A stretch of 64,000 nt of DNA from an uncultured Ignavibacteria bacterium (GTDB lineage: Bacteria; Zixibacteria; MSB-5A5; SM23-73-2): contig CAYURP010000001.1 in the NCBI GenBank assembly GCA_964447175.1, positions 78,208-142,207 on the forward strand. Direction: 5' to 3'. Under the pieces are notes generated by a model that searched no databases, was not told where the DNA came from, and worked only from the letters and a program-made list of their open reading frames with translations. The translations under genes and the position numbers were made by a program. Positions within the stretch are counted from its first letter, which is position 1. Each line of letters begins with the position of its first letter. Below, piece by piece: positions 19,731-28,758 of this stretch.

Positions 19731-20843
19731 TCAGTTTACCCATCTAACGCCATCAACGTAGAAGGTTTTATCACCTTGTTCCACTGTGATCATGAATGGG
19801 CAGAATATCTTTTCCAAGTTAGCTCCCGAGAATGCATCCACAGGAATACTTATCTCCTGCCAAGTGCTGTCTCCGTCCCATCCATGGTCAGCGAGGTAAA
19901 CTCTGAATTTACTACCGTATCTACTATAGTGCTGTATCTCAATCTTCATAATTTCTGCTGTCTTCACCCAGAACTTAAGATAAGCATAAGCTGATAAGTC
20001 TACCGTATGGTCTGAAGGTTGGTTGAGGAATACACCCCAACCTGCATAATTCTTCTTATTTCCCCAGTTTGGACCACTTTTCGTCTTAAAACATGTGTAT
20101 CCTTCAGGAGCATTCTCACCTGTATAGCTTGGGTCGAACAAAGCTTCCGGTCCTCCCCAATCTTCTCCACTCCAAATCCAAATCTCACCGTCATCACGGT
20201 CACCCAAGTCATTATAGATAGTATAATCGCAAGTGAGAGTTATGTTCTGTGAGACAGTATCTTTTGCTCCATCATTATCAGCGACAATGAGAACAACCTC
20301 ATAGCTTCCTGCTACTGCGTATTGATGACTTGGATTCTGGATGCTATAAAGTGAATCATCGCCAAAGTTCCACTCCCAGATCACAATTTCTCCGTCGTCA
20401 TCCGCTGATTCATCTGTGAACTTCACTGCGCAACCATTGGTGGAACAGACAAAAGCAGCTATAGGAGGGCGATTTATAATGTCTACAGTGTCTAAGTAAC
20501 TACCTGTGGCTCCATCGTTATCAGTGACAGTAAGACATACTTCAAAAGTTCCGACACTCACATATCGATGGGTGGGGTTTTGAGCTGTAGATACCGATCC
20601 ATCACCGAAATTCCAGTGCCAATCAGTAATTTCTCCGTCTGGATCTGTGGACTGGTCAACAAATTGGACTTCTCGTAAGTTGGTCGAGTAAGAAAAAGAA
20701 GCAATTGGGGGGTTGATTTCAGGTTCGGTCGATTTTTTGGAACACTGAAAATTCATAACAACTCCAAGGAACCCAATAATCAAGATAACCGATGTCTTGT
20801 AAATCTTTTGTTTCTCCATTTTTATCACTCCTCGTATCATCAT
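19731..20843 (-). CDS. Lipoprotein with two PKD domains and a C-terminal CBM-like beta-sandwich domain.
   Basis: Signal peptide plus Cys. Two repeats of 'W.WNFGDGS....NP.H.Y...G.YEV.L.V.DNDGA'. The C-terminal domain is homologous to the C-terminus of the adjacent GH17 protein. Confidence 0.75.
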   Translation of the reverse strand: MMIRGVIKMEKQKIYKTSVILIIGFLGVVMNFQCSKKSTEPEINPPIASFSYSTNLREVQFVDQSTDPDGEITDWHWNFGDGSVSTAQNPTHRYVSVGTFEVCLTVTDNDGATGSYLDTVDIINRPPIAAFVCSTNGCAVKFTDESADDDGEIVIWEWNFGDDSLYSIQNPSHQYAVAGSYEVVLIVADNDGAKDTVSQNITLTCDYTIYNDLGDRDDGEIWIWSGEDWGGPEALFDPSYTGENAPEGYTCFKTKSGPNWGNKKNYAGWGVFLNQPSDHTVDLSAYAYLKFWVKTAEIMKIEIQHYSRYGSKFRVYLADHGWDGDSTWQEISIPVDAFSGANLEKIFCPFMITVEQGDKTFYVDGVRWVN

Positions 20844-22498
20844 TTTTTTCTTTTTTGGAAATTTTGACTTAAGGAGAATTCAAATGGTATCACACCCTCT
20901 CTGCAACCAATACCTGTAGTAATAGTTATACCCTCGACTACAATCTCATCAAGATAAATTGTACTTCCATTAGGATTTTGATTATAATTTGTAACCCAAC
21001 AAAATCCACCTATAACCATGCTGAGGTCTTTTCCTGTCAAGTTAAGCGAGCATCCTTTCCATTCATTTGTCAATGTAATTACACCAGTCGAAATAGGCCC
21101 ATAAGAATCCAAATAATCAAGTGTAGGATCATTAATTCCTCCTGTTTTAAACTCTACTTTTTCTCCTCCTTCTTTTCCCTTTGCCCAAAAACTGAGTTTT
21201 ACGGAATCATATCTAGCTAATGAATTGGAAAAATCATAACCAGGGTATTTACCCCAATTATTGACTGGAAACTGCCAATAAATTCCACCCCATTGAGCGG
21301 GAGAAGGTGAATATGAAATTCGAATACAAGTCTCACCAGAATGAGGATTATCAGTAGATAATTCATCTATTATCTCAGTAGGGTTTGCAGAGGTTGAATC
21401 ATCACCTATGTAATGGGCGAGTTCGCCCATCCAGCCACTAGAAAAAAATCCGTTCAATGGATCACATCCATCATTATAAACATACAATGGTAGAGTAGTT
21501 TCTGTAGGATTCACTACTCTGGGGGCTCTGTTTATTCCATTTTGTGCAGACTCAGGGATTAAATCTTTTAATTGTGGTTTTGGTGAACCATTGGAAAAAT
21601 ACATTCCCCAGTGACTTCCGGCCTCTCCTTCCAATTTGCTTTTCCATTCTTCATCAAATATTTCAAAATAAAAATAGTCAATCTTATTACTATCAGCCAT
21701 AGAGATAAAATCAGAAAGATATCTCTTCTGGTTTTCCTCGCCTGGAATTGCGTTACTACGTTTTTCACCTTTCGACGGCCAACCGGTCTCGCCAATGATA
21801 ATCTTCTTATTTGGATAACTTGTTTTTAATTCATTCCATTTTTCTAATACGTAATTAGCGCCTTCTTCAACCGCTCTACCCTCCCAATAAGGGTAAATAT
21901 GAACCAATAGAACATCTACTGCTTGTGCTAATTGAGGGTGGTCAAGCCAATAATTCCATATTTCAGCTGTGGCGACGGGCAGATTTGTAGTGTTTTTTAC
22001 TTCTGAAATAAAATCTAGTAGTTGTTGTTCAGAAAGATCGTTTCTTAACAAAACTTCACTACCGACAATCAAACCTTTCACATGACTTAAATTCTGATTT
22101 GCTATATTTATCAAACTATTTATTTGCCTTGCATTTTCACATTCATATTTTGAAATCCACGCTCCAGGATAGCAGTCAATTCCATACTCCTGACATAGAG
22201 AAGGTATTTGCTCCAAATTATCCGTAGTTCCATATGTGCGAATGGAGACTGCCAAATTCTTAATAAAAGCGATATCTTCGGTAAACTCGCTGATAGTGGG
22301 GTGAATGCCGCAATCCGGATCCTCATTGTCGCGATATGGTCCATAACATAGTCCTAAAAATTTTTCATTTTCTGGTTTAGGCCCATTTCTATTTGGTTCT
22401 GGACCCTTTTTCGTGCACTCAAGCAATAATAGTGAAAGAGTAATAAAAGCGATTATTAACGAAACAGGCAATAGTTTAGTTCTGTATATCTTTCCCAT
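20840..22498 (-). CDS. Glycoside hydrolase family 17 (beta-1,3-glucanase/glucanosyltransferase) with a C-terminal CBM-like domain.
   Basis: 'HIYPYWEG' and 'KIIIGETGWPSKGE' match GH17 catalytic-region signatures. Signal peptide. The C-terminal domain of about 180 aa is shared with the PKD protein. Confidence 0.7.
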   Translation of the reverse strand: MGKIYRTKLLPVSLIIAFITLSLLLLECTKKGPEPNRNGPKPENEKFLGLCYGPYRDNEDPDCGIHPTISEFTEDIAFIKNLAVSIRTYGTTDNLEQIPSLCQEYGIDCYPGAWISKYECENARQINSLINIANQNLSHVKGLIVGSEVLLRNDLSEQQLLDFISEVKNTTNLPVATAEIWNYWLDHPQLAQAVDVLLVHIYPYWEGRAVEEGANYVLEKWNELKTSYPNKKIIIGETGWPSKGEKRSNAIPGEENQKRYLSDFISMADSNKIDYFYFEIFDEEWKSKLEGEAGSHWGMYFSNGSPKPQLKDLIPESAQNGINRAPRVVNPTETTLPLYVYNDGCDPLNGFFSSGWMGELAHYIGDDSTSANPTEIIDELSTDNPHSGETCIRISYSPSPAQWGGIYWQFPVNNWGKYPGYDFSNSLARYDSVKLSFWAKGKEGGEKVEFKTGGINDPTLDYLDSYGPISTGVITLTNEWKGCSLNLTGKDLSMVIGGFCWVTNYNQNPNGSTIYLDEIVVEGITITTGIGCREGVIPFEFSLSQNFQKRKK

Positions 22499-22534
22499 AG
22501 CTTACTTTCCTTTTTTGATATAAGATTCAAGATG

Positions 22535-23839
22535 TTATTCCGAGTTGAATAACTTGGTTAAATTCAACCTCAAGGATGGGAGGACTTCATTCGATTGCTG
22601 TAGAGACAGAGGAATGCTAAAAGCTTCCTGATATTCTGTATAAACAAATCTAAACTGAAGACCAAATCTAATTGATTTTGTAAAAGCTCCTTCGATATCG
22701 AAGCCAGCAAAAAATTCCGTTTCCTTTAACTCCCCTAAATCGAATGTTGTCTCCTTTTGCCTCTCATTAAATCGATGCCAGCCTTTTTCCGCTTCTAATG
22801 AAATTTTATCAGGTAGCAACAAGTTTGTCCCTCCCACCAGGTGGAAAATAGCTTGTTTGTTTTTCCCGAAATAGAAAACCGGATAGGTGATATATATTGG
22901 CAGACTAAAGCTATTTTCATCAATGAAAGATCGGTTCTTAGACCTTACTAAATAATAGATCAGCGCATCTCCTCCAGGGGAACCTTCTTTGATATAACTT
23001 TTTCTATAAAGATTTTCGACTTCTATTACTTCCGAACCTTTTATTTCAGAGGTTTGGATGGCAATATTTAAAATTCCCCAAAAACGAAAATGAACATCAA
23101 GACTAGTTCTATGCTCTAAGGCAAAATGTACGGTATTTTCAATAATAAGATAATTATCTGGATTATTAGGATCTAGGATATCATCGGGTCGATACTTCAC
23201 ATCATCAGGGTGTGGACGACCGGTTCTTATATTACTTGGTATATTGCCGAGACTTACTTGATCGCCCTTTCGATATCCAAAGCCAAATCCAAACCCAAAT
23301 CTTATGCCTTCAATTTTACCCAACAGTTTTTTTGCTAATTGGTGAATTTTTTCATCCGCCTTGTCTATTTCAGTTGTAGAAAATGTTATGTTTTTCTCTG
23401 TAATAATAGAATTATTTAATACATTAATAGCTTTGGCTTTAAATTCGATTTTCCTACTACCCTCCGAATCGATTTTTGTTATGATGATTGTTCTAACCTG
23501 CTCAGATATACTTTTTTTGATACCATCAAGCACTGTTGATGGCTCGTCATCATAACTTATTACTGATAATATTCCGGTTAAGCTTGAATTAGGTAGGAAT
23601 ATCAAATCAGAAAGATTTATTAATTCAAGCTGCAAATCTTCCGGGAATTTCTCGGGGAAATTTGTATGGTAATGCGTTTCTAAGATATTCTGAACACTCC
23701 TATCTAATCCTTGTGAAATCTCCGCTGAAGGAAGCATTACAATTGGAGAATTAAAGCTGTTTAATGTACGGCCGAAAACCGTTTTCGAGCTCAGAAGGAT
23801 CAAGTAAACTAACAGAATTAAGCGAGTTTTGGATTTCAT
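22535..23839 (-). CDS. Secreted hypothetical protein (signal peptide; Gly-Phe repeat 'GFGFGFGYRKGD').
   Basis: Codon-consistent ORF in the same operon as GH17. No family recognised. Confidence 0.4.
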   Translation of the reverse strand: MKSKTRLILLVYLILLSSKTVFGRTLNSFNSPIVMLPSAEISQGLDRSVQNILETHYHTNFPEKFPEDLQLELINLSDLIFLPNSSLTGILSVISYDDEPSTVLDGIKKSISEQVRTIIITKIDSEGSRKIEFKAKAINVLNNSIITEKNITFSTTEIDKADEKIHQLAKKLLGKIEGIRFGFGFGFGYRKGDQVSLGNIPSNIRTGRPHPDDVKYRPDDILDPNNPDNYLIIENTVHFALEHRTSLDVHFRFWGILNIAIQTSEIKGSEVIEVENLYRKSYIKEGSPGGDALIYYLVRSKNRSFIDENSFSLPIYITYPVFYFGKNKQAIFHLVGGTNLLLPDKISLEAEKGWHRFNERQKETTFDLGELKETEFFAGFDIEGAFTKSIRFGLQFRFVYTEYQEAFSIPLSLQQSNEVLPSLRLNLTKLFNSE

Positions 23840-23854
23840 TTTTCGATTTCCACT

Positions 23855-24565
23855 CTAATCTCTTCGTTTAAAATGAGATTTCTCTACAGATTTCTCTGAT
23901 GCTGGCCCTTCAAAAATTATGCTATCACTAAATTCCCATGTTGTTACTGCCTTATCTGTATATTCTATTCTTAAATTGTAAACACCTTCTTCAGCTCTCA
24001 GCTTAAAGTTATTTTTCTTACCTTGAGCTTTTAATGTGTCATTTAGGAATATTTTAAAATCAGGTATCTGATATACAAAGTCAGAAAGATCAATAATAAC
24101 CTCATAAGTTCCCAGTGGCTCCCCTGTTAAACTATCAATTAAACTATTAGGGCGTTTATTTTCTTCTCTGAGGTTGTTGAGTTCATTATTGGTGGTTTGA
24201 AGGTCTTGTTTTAAGGAATTGATTTCTTGCGTTTGGCTGTTAATTTCCTTATTCAAATCTTGCTTCTCCTTCTCTAAACGAACTATCTTGCCTGACAAAG
24301 CCTTTCTGCTTTCGGTTAACGTCTTAATTTCGTTATCACGTCGTTGGATTATCTCATCGATGCTTACCGCCCACTTATGAGTGGAGTAACCCGCCCAAAA
24401 AAGTGCATTAAAGATTCCGAATATAGCTGCCCACCTTTTTAAGGTTGACCAAATTGTCTTTTCAGATTGTGGCCGATCGTCAACATCGGGAATTGCATTC
24501 TGAGGTTCTTTTTCTCTCTTTGTTGGCTTGGTAGAATTGTCAGAATGTTTTTTAGATTTTTTCAT
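23855..24565 (-). CDS. Membrane-anchored coiled-coil protein (hypothetical).
   Basis: Charged N-terminus, one TM ('WAAIFGIFNALFWAGY'), a heptad-rich segment of about 80 aa, then a C-terminal beta domain. Confidence 0.4.
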   Translation of the reverse strand: MKKSKKHSDNSTKPTKREKEPQNAIPDVDDRPQSEKTIWSTLKRWAAIFGIFNALFWAGYSTHKWAVSIDEIIQRRDNEIKTLTESRKALSGKIVRLEKEKQDLNKEINSQTQEINSLKQDLQTTNNELNNLREENKRPNSLIDSLTGEPLGTYEVIIDLSDFVYQIPDFKIFLNDTLKAQGKKNNFKLRAEEGVYNLRIEYTDKAVTTWEFSDSIIFEGPASEKSVEKSHFKRRD

Positions 24566-24794
24566 AGATGCCCTGATATTCTTAAATTAGAATATTCTGT
24601 CTGCATTTTTTTGCTAATAACTATTCTTATACAGTTCCGCATAAGAACCTTTGGATGCTGAATCTGCTGTATAAATACCTCGGAGAGCACCGTAAAAATC
24701 GATAACTCCAACAAATCTAATGGCTTTTTTCTCATACATGCAATCTGTCTGGCGGTTTATTCAGTCTTTATAAACTACCACCTGATTATACCGT

Positions 24795-25010
24795 TTATAG
24801 GTTGTCCGCTGGGTTTATCACCACCTTACTGTCGTGTTTAAGAATATGGGTGTAAATCATCGTCGTCTTGCGCTTTCTGTGCCCAAGCAGTTCCTGAACT
24901 GTTCGTATGTCATAACTACCTTCCAGCAAATCGTCTGAGAATAGTGCTCACATGTGTTATAGTTTGCAAGCTTGCTGAAGTCGTGTTTACGCCCAGTATG
25001 CTCACTTGGC
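24795..25010 (-). pseudogene. Tyrosine recombinase/integrase remnant. Only the C-terminal catalytic tail is intact. The upstream part is frameshifted or deleted.
   Basis: The minus-strand translation is '[48 protein letters not shown]' (intact over 24795-24947). It contains the box II/Tyr motif 'RTVQELLGH...TTMIYTHV'. The preceding 'H.LRH' box is present only out of frame ('[14 protein letters not shown]'). No N-terminal domain is present. Confidence 0.6.
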
Positions 25011-25250
25011 TTACCCGCATTCTGTTATTTCTTTTTCTTTTTTCAGCTTTATATTAAGCTATCTCTGTCCATAAGTCAAGAAAAAAGCCACCGACTACGG
25101 CATTTTTTGTGACCATTTTGTGCCATCTTCAAGTCAAAACAACTCAAAATAACTAAAAACAACTCTAAACAACCATAAAAGACAAATTTCTGAGTGTTGA
25201 GCTGTTAGCACCTAATTTGCTATTAGATAGTAGGTTACAGAATCTCCCCT

Positions 25251-25274
25251 GTTCGAATCCCAGTCTCTCCGCTT
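25251..25274 (+). repeat. Direct repeat of the tRNA-Ser 3' end (attR-like). It is 24/24 identical to 19513-19536.
   Basis: 'gttcgaatcccagtctctccgctt' is present both inside the tRNA (T-loop to acceptor) and here, 5.7 kb downstream. Confidence 0.65.
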
Positions 25275-25447
25275 TTTGATTCTGTTATTTTTTAGATGAA
25301 TGAGCATTAGGAAATTTCAGTATAAAGCTTCGGGAATTCCTATTCCCGAAGCATCTGATATTAGATTACTAAAAATTCTTGACATGACCCTATGTGAATG
25401 TTTTTTTTAATCTGTGGTTGAACCTTAACCAAAAAAGGAGTGTAGAA

Positions 25448-26260
25448 ATGAAAAGCACCTTCAGTAAATCTATTATTATGATTTTATTGTTTGCCTGTGT
25501 TTTCTGGATTAACTGTGGAAAGGATAAGTCTGTGGATTCAGGTGACACGGTTGATAACACAAATTTTATCGCAGAAAGGTCTTTTTCCTATCAGGTGGAT
25601 GTGGTAGACCATTCCCAGCTCAGCCTGGAGGCTATAAATGGTAATATTAAGATTACGGGAATGTCTGGCTCCGACTCGGTTATTATTACAGGCATAAGAA
25701 GAGTTGGCTCGGAAAGCACCCAGGATGCCGAAGAGCACCTGCAGCTGCTTGAGGTAAGTGTAGAGGATTTGGGGAACAAAATCCTGGTAAAAACCCTTCA
25801 ACCCGAAAAGTCGTACGGCCGGAGCTATCAGGTTAATTATACCATAACACTGCCAAAAGATTTAAAGGTTTTGGTAAGCAGTGTCAATGGAAACGTTACC
25901 CTTGATTCAATAGATAATGATGTCATAGTGAGCAATGTGAACGGAACGATCACATTGAATGAAATCTACGGAAGTGCATTTGTATCATTAATCAATGGTG
26001 GAATCGATGGTGAAATTACAATGCCGCAGGATGGCGTGATACAGATGAGTGTGGTCAACGGAAATATTGTTCTAAACATACCAGTTGAAACCTCTGCAGA
26101 ATTTGCAGCCGGGATTACAAACGGGAATATTGTTGTTTCCAATCTTACCCTTCAAAACCAGGTAGTTACAAGCTCTTCCCTTAACGGTACACTTGGCGAT
26201 GGAAAAGGCACGATCTCGGTTATAACGGTTAATGGTAATATAAGTGTGTCGGGATTTTAA
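25448..26260 (+). CDS. Lipoprotein with repetitive beta-helix-like 'VNGNI' repeats (DUF4097/putative adhesin-like).
   Basis: Signal peptide plus lipobox 'WINCGKD'. More than 8 repeats of '(V/I)NG.I.L'. The annotated ORF start at 25394 is probably too far upstream. The ATG at 25448 is preceded by AGGAG. Confidence 0.6.
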   Translation: MKSTFSKSIIMILLFACVFWINCGKDKSVDSGDTVDNTNFIAERSFSYQVDVVDHSQLSLEAINGNIKITGMSGSDSVIITGIRRVGSESTQDAEEHLQLLEVSVEDLGNKILVKTLQPEKSYGRSYQVNYTITLPKDLKVLVSSVNGNVTLDSIDNDVIVSNVNGTITLNEIYGSAFVSLINGGIDGEITMPQDGVIQMSVVNGNIVLNIPVETSAEFAAGITNGNIVVSNLTLQNQVVTSSSLNGTLGDGKGTISVITVNGNISVSGF

Positions 26261-26501
26261 TAGATCACCCATTTTGTGTAAGCTATCTTTTGTCATTGTT
26301 TCCGATTTTGGCTCTCCAATAAACTAAACCATCCCTTTTTACGTATATTTTTTTACTGTATAATTGAACCTTCTGCTGGTTGGTCTGGCGGGAGGAGGTT
26401 ACCCTGATTTAGATTTGAAAAATATGTTTTTTTTCCATTTCAAATAAGTAGCTTTTGACTAAGAATCTAATTGGTTAACATTAAAGAGTTTGGAGGATGA
26501 T

Positions 26502-28130
26502 ATGGAGACGTATCGAATACCTTGTCCGGCTAATGAACCGATTTACAGCTATGCTCCGGGAACACCAGAGCGAAAAAAGCTGAAAGCTGCCCTGGAGGAA
26601 TTGAAATCCAAGCAGATAGAAATACCCATGGTTATCAATGGTCAGGAGGTAAAATCCGATAACAAGGCCAAGATCACCGCACCGCACGATCACAATCTTG
26701 TTTTGGGTTATGTATACAAAGGTAGCAAGAAAGATACCGAGTCGGCAATCCAGGCCGCGCTGAAAGCTCAAAAGGAATGGGCGACCTTGTCGGGTAAACA
26801 CCGTGCTGCTATCTTTTTAAAGGCAGCTGACCTTTTGGCCGGACCTTATCGCTATATTATGAATGCAGCTTCTATGTTAGGACACTCTAAAACTGTATTC
26901 CAGGCGGAGATCGATGGCGTTTGTGAGCTGGTCGATTTCCTGCGGTTCAATGCCTATTACATGCAGATGATCTCCGATATACAGCCCATAAATCCTGATC
27001 CTTTGGTGTGGAATCGCCTTGACTACCGGCCTCTGGAAGGATTTGTCTTTGCAGTTACCCCGTTCAATTTCATTTCCATCAATGGCAACCTTCCTACCGC
27101 ACCAGCTATATGGGGGAATGTGGTAGTATGGAAGCCGCCAGCCTCCACGCCTTACACCTCGCACTTCTTTATGAAAATTCTAATGGAGGCAGGTTTGCCC
27201 CCGGGAGTTATCAACTTCGTTACCGGCAGGTCATCTGAGATCGGCGAGGTGGTTTTAAACAACGAGAATTTCGCAGGAGTACATTTCACCGGATCAACCG
27301 CGGTGTTCCATAATATGTGGAAGACCATTGGAGGGAATATCGCCAAATACAAGACTTATCCTCGCATTGTGGGTGAAACCGGAGGCAAAGATTTCATCTT
27401 CGTTCATAAATCAGCAGTTCCGGAGGAAGTTGCCACTGCTATCACAAGAGGTGCTTTTGAATATCAGGGCCAGAAGTGTTCAGCAGCATCCCGGGCTTAC
27501 ATTCCCAGATCAATCTGGCTCAGAATCAAAGAGATTGTATTAAATCAGATAGGTGAGATAAAGATGGGTGATCCGTGTGATTTCAGCAACTTTATGAATG
27601 CCATAATCGACAGGGGCGCATATGACAGCATCAAATCCTATATAGACTTTGCCAAGAACGCATCAGATGCTGAGATCATTGTTGGAGGCAACTGTGACGA
27701 TTCCAAAGGTTATTTCATCGATGCTACGGTGATTGAGACCGGAAATCCCAGGTTCAAGACCATGGTGGAGGAGATATTCGGCCCGGTAATCACCATTTAC
27801 GTTTACAATGATGCAGATTACGAGAAGACCTTAAACTTATGTGACCAGACCTCACCTTATGCCTTAACCGGTGCGATTTTCGCAACAGATCGGAATGCCG
27901 TTGAGTTAGCAGAGAGTATCTTACGACAGGCAGCCGGAAACTTCTATATCAATGACAAACCCACCGGAGCAGTGGTAGCACAGCAGCCATTCGGGGGCGG
28001 AAGAGCCTCAGGCACCAATGACAAAGCCGGCGGTTTTCACAACATGATCCGCTGGACATCGCCCCGGTCAATTAAGGAGAATCTTGTACCTCCGAAGGAC
28101 TTCAAGTATCCTTTTATGATGGAGCCGTAA
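26502..28130 (+). CDS. pruA: 1-pyrroline-5-carboxylate (L-glutamate-gamma-semialdehyde) dehydrogenase, ALDH family.
   Basis: Length about 540 aa. The ALDH catalytic motifs are 'VGETGGKDF' (Glu) and 'FEYQGQKCSAASR' (Cys). The N-terminal region is typical of single-domain P5CDH. GGAGGA lies 5 nt before the ATG at 26502. Confidence 0.85.
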   Translation: METYRIPCPANEPIYSYAPGTPERKKLKAALEELKSKQIEIPMVINGQEVKSDNKAKITAPHDHNLVLGYVYKGSKKDTESAIQAALKAQKEWATLSGKHRAAIFLKAADLLAGPYRYIMNAASMLGHSKTVFQAEIDGVCELVDFLRFNAYYMQMISDIQPINPDPLVWNRLDYRPLEGFVFAVTPFNFISINGNLPTAPAIWGNVVVWKPPASTPYTSHFFMKILMEAGLPPGVINFVTGRSSEIGEVVLNNENFAGVHFTGSTAVFHNMWKTIGGNIAKYKTYPRIVGETGGKDFIFVHKSAVPEEVATAITRGAFEYQGQKCSAASRAYIPRSIWLRIKEIVLNQIGEIKMGDPCDFSNFMNAIIDRGAYDSIKSYIDFAKNASDAEIIVGGNCDDSKGYFIDATVIETGNPRFKTMVEEIFGPVITIYVYNDADYEKTLNLCDQTSPYALTGAIFATDRNAVELAESILRQAAGNFYINDKPTGAVVAQQPFGGGRASGTNDKAGGFHNMIRWTSPRSIKENLVPPKDFKYPFMMEP

Positions 28131-28139
28131 GAATTAGTA

Positions 28140-28745
28140 AATAGTTCATAGTTAATAGTGGATAGTTGGAATAGAATCCGTAGGCTGGGCAACCTTACCC
28201 AGCCTGAATTTTACTGGGGCTGATCATCCTATAGGCAGATCCCGCCAGAGGCGGGAGAGCCCCAGCTACGAGAACAAAAATAAGGTAGCACAGGTTGTCA
28301 CGCGGAACGGGCAGGCAACCTGTGATTACAAATTTGGTTTTCCAGAACCTAACTTAAGTTAGGTTCTGGTATCTTATTTCCCCCCCTCCCGTCCCCTGGA
28401 GATCTGAAGATCTCCGCTACATACTAAGAAGCACACCTTAAGGCAAGGTGGGCTACCGGACCCCCTCCCCTGGAAAACTAAAGTTTTCCACTACACAAAA
28501 GAATTGATTGGGACAAGATCAGGAGACCTTGTCCTACCCACTCCTCAGAAAATCTCAGATACATTGGTATTGAGAGGTACGTAGGCTGGGCACCCTTGCC
28601 CAGCCTATATTTTTGCCGGGGCTGTTCATGCCATAGGCAGATCCCGTCAGAAGCGGGGGAGCCCCGGCTACGAGGTTTTAGCTGCGAACTACTTTCTGAA
28701 TCATCTAAACAAATGATAGCCCTGCTCGTATCAAAAAGTAAGTTT
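28140..28745. repeat. Mosaic cluster of structured intergenic repeats. It has two copies of a 95-bp element (28181-28275 and 28580-28672), a 14-bp-stem perfect palindrome (28337-28364), and the H1 and H2 hairpin elements shared with 43.5-48.1 kb.
   Basis: Direct inspection. 'gtaggctgggcaMccttRcccagcct...ataggcagatcccgYcagaRgcggg' occurs twice. 'cccctggaRRMctRaagWtYtccRctaca' occurs twice. The 'caccttaaggcaaggtgggctacc' hairpin is present. Confidence 0.75.
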
Positions 28746-28758
28746 AGCGGGAAAACAG

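Noticed and set aside
24566-24795. Searched for further integrase or excisionase coding sequence between the coiled-coil gene and the integrase tail
   Set aside because: All three minus-strand frames are interrupted by stops and show no recognisable recombinase motifs. The region was treated as degraded non-coding.
24795-26500. An integron hypothesis, because the integrase tail resembles IntI
   Set aside because: No attC-like (R''-L''...L'-R' with GTTRRRY) sites were found after the downstream plus-strand genes. The next gene cluster (pruA) is housekeeping. The direct repeat matches a tRNA 3' end, favouring a tRNA-targeting island integrase.
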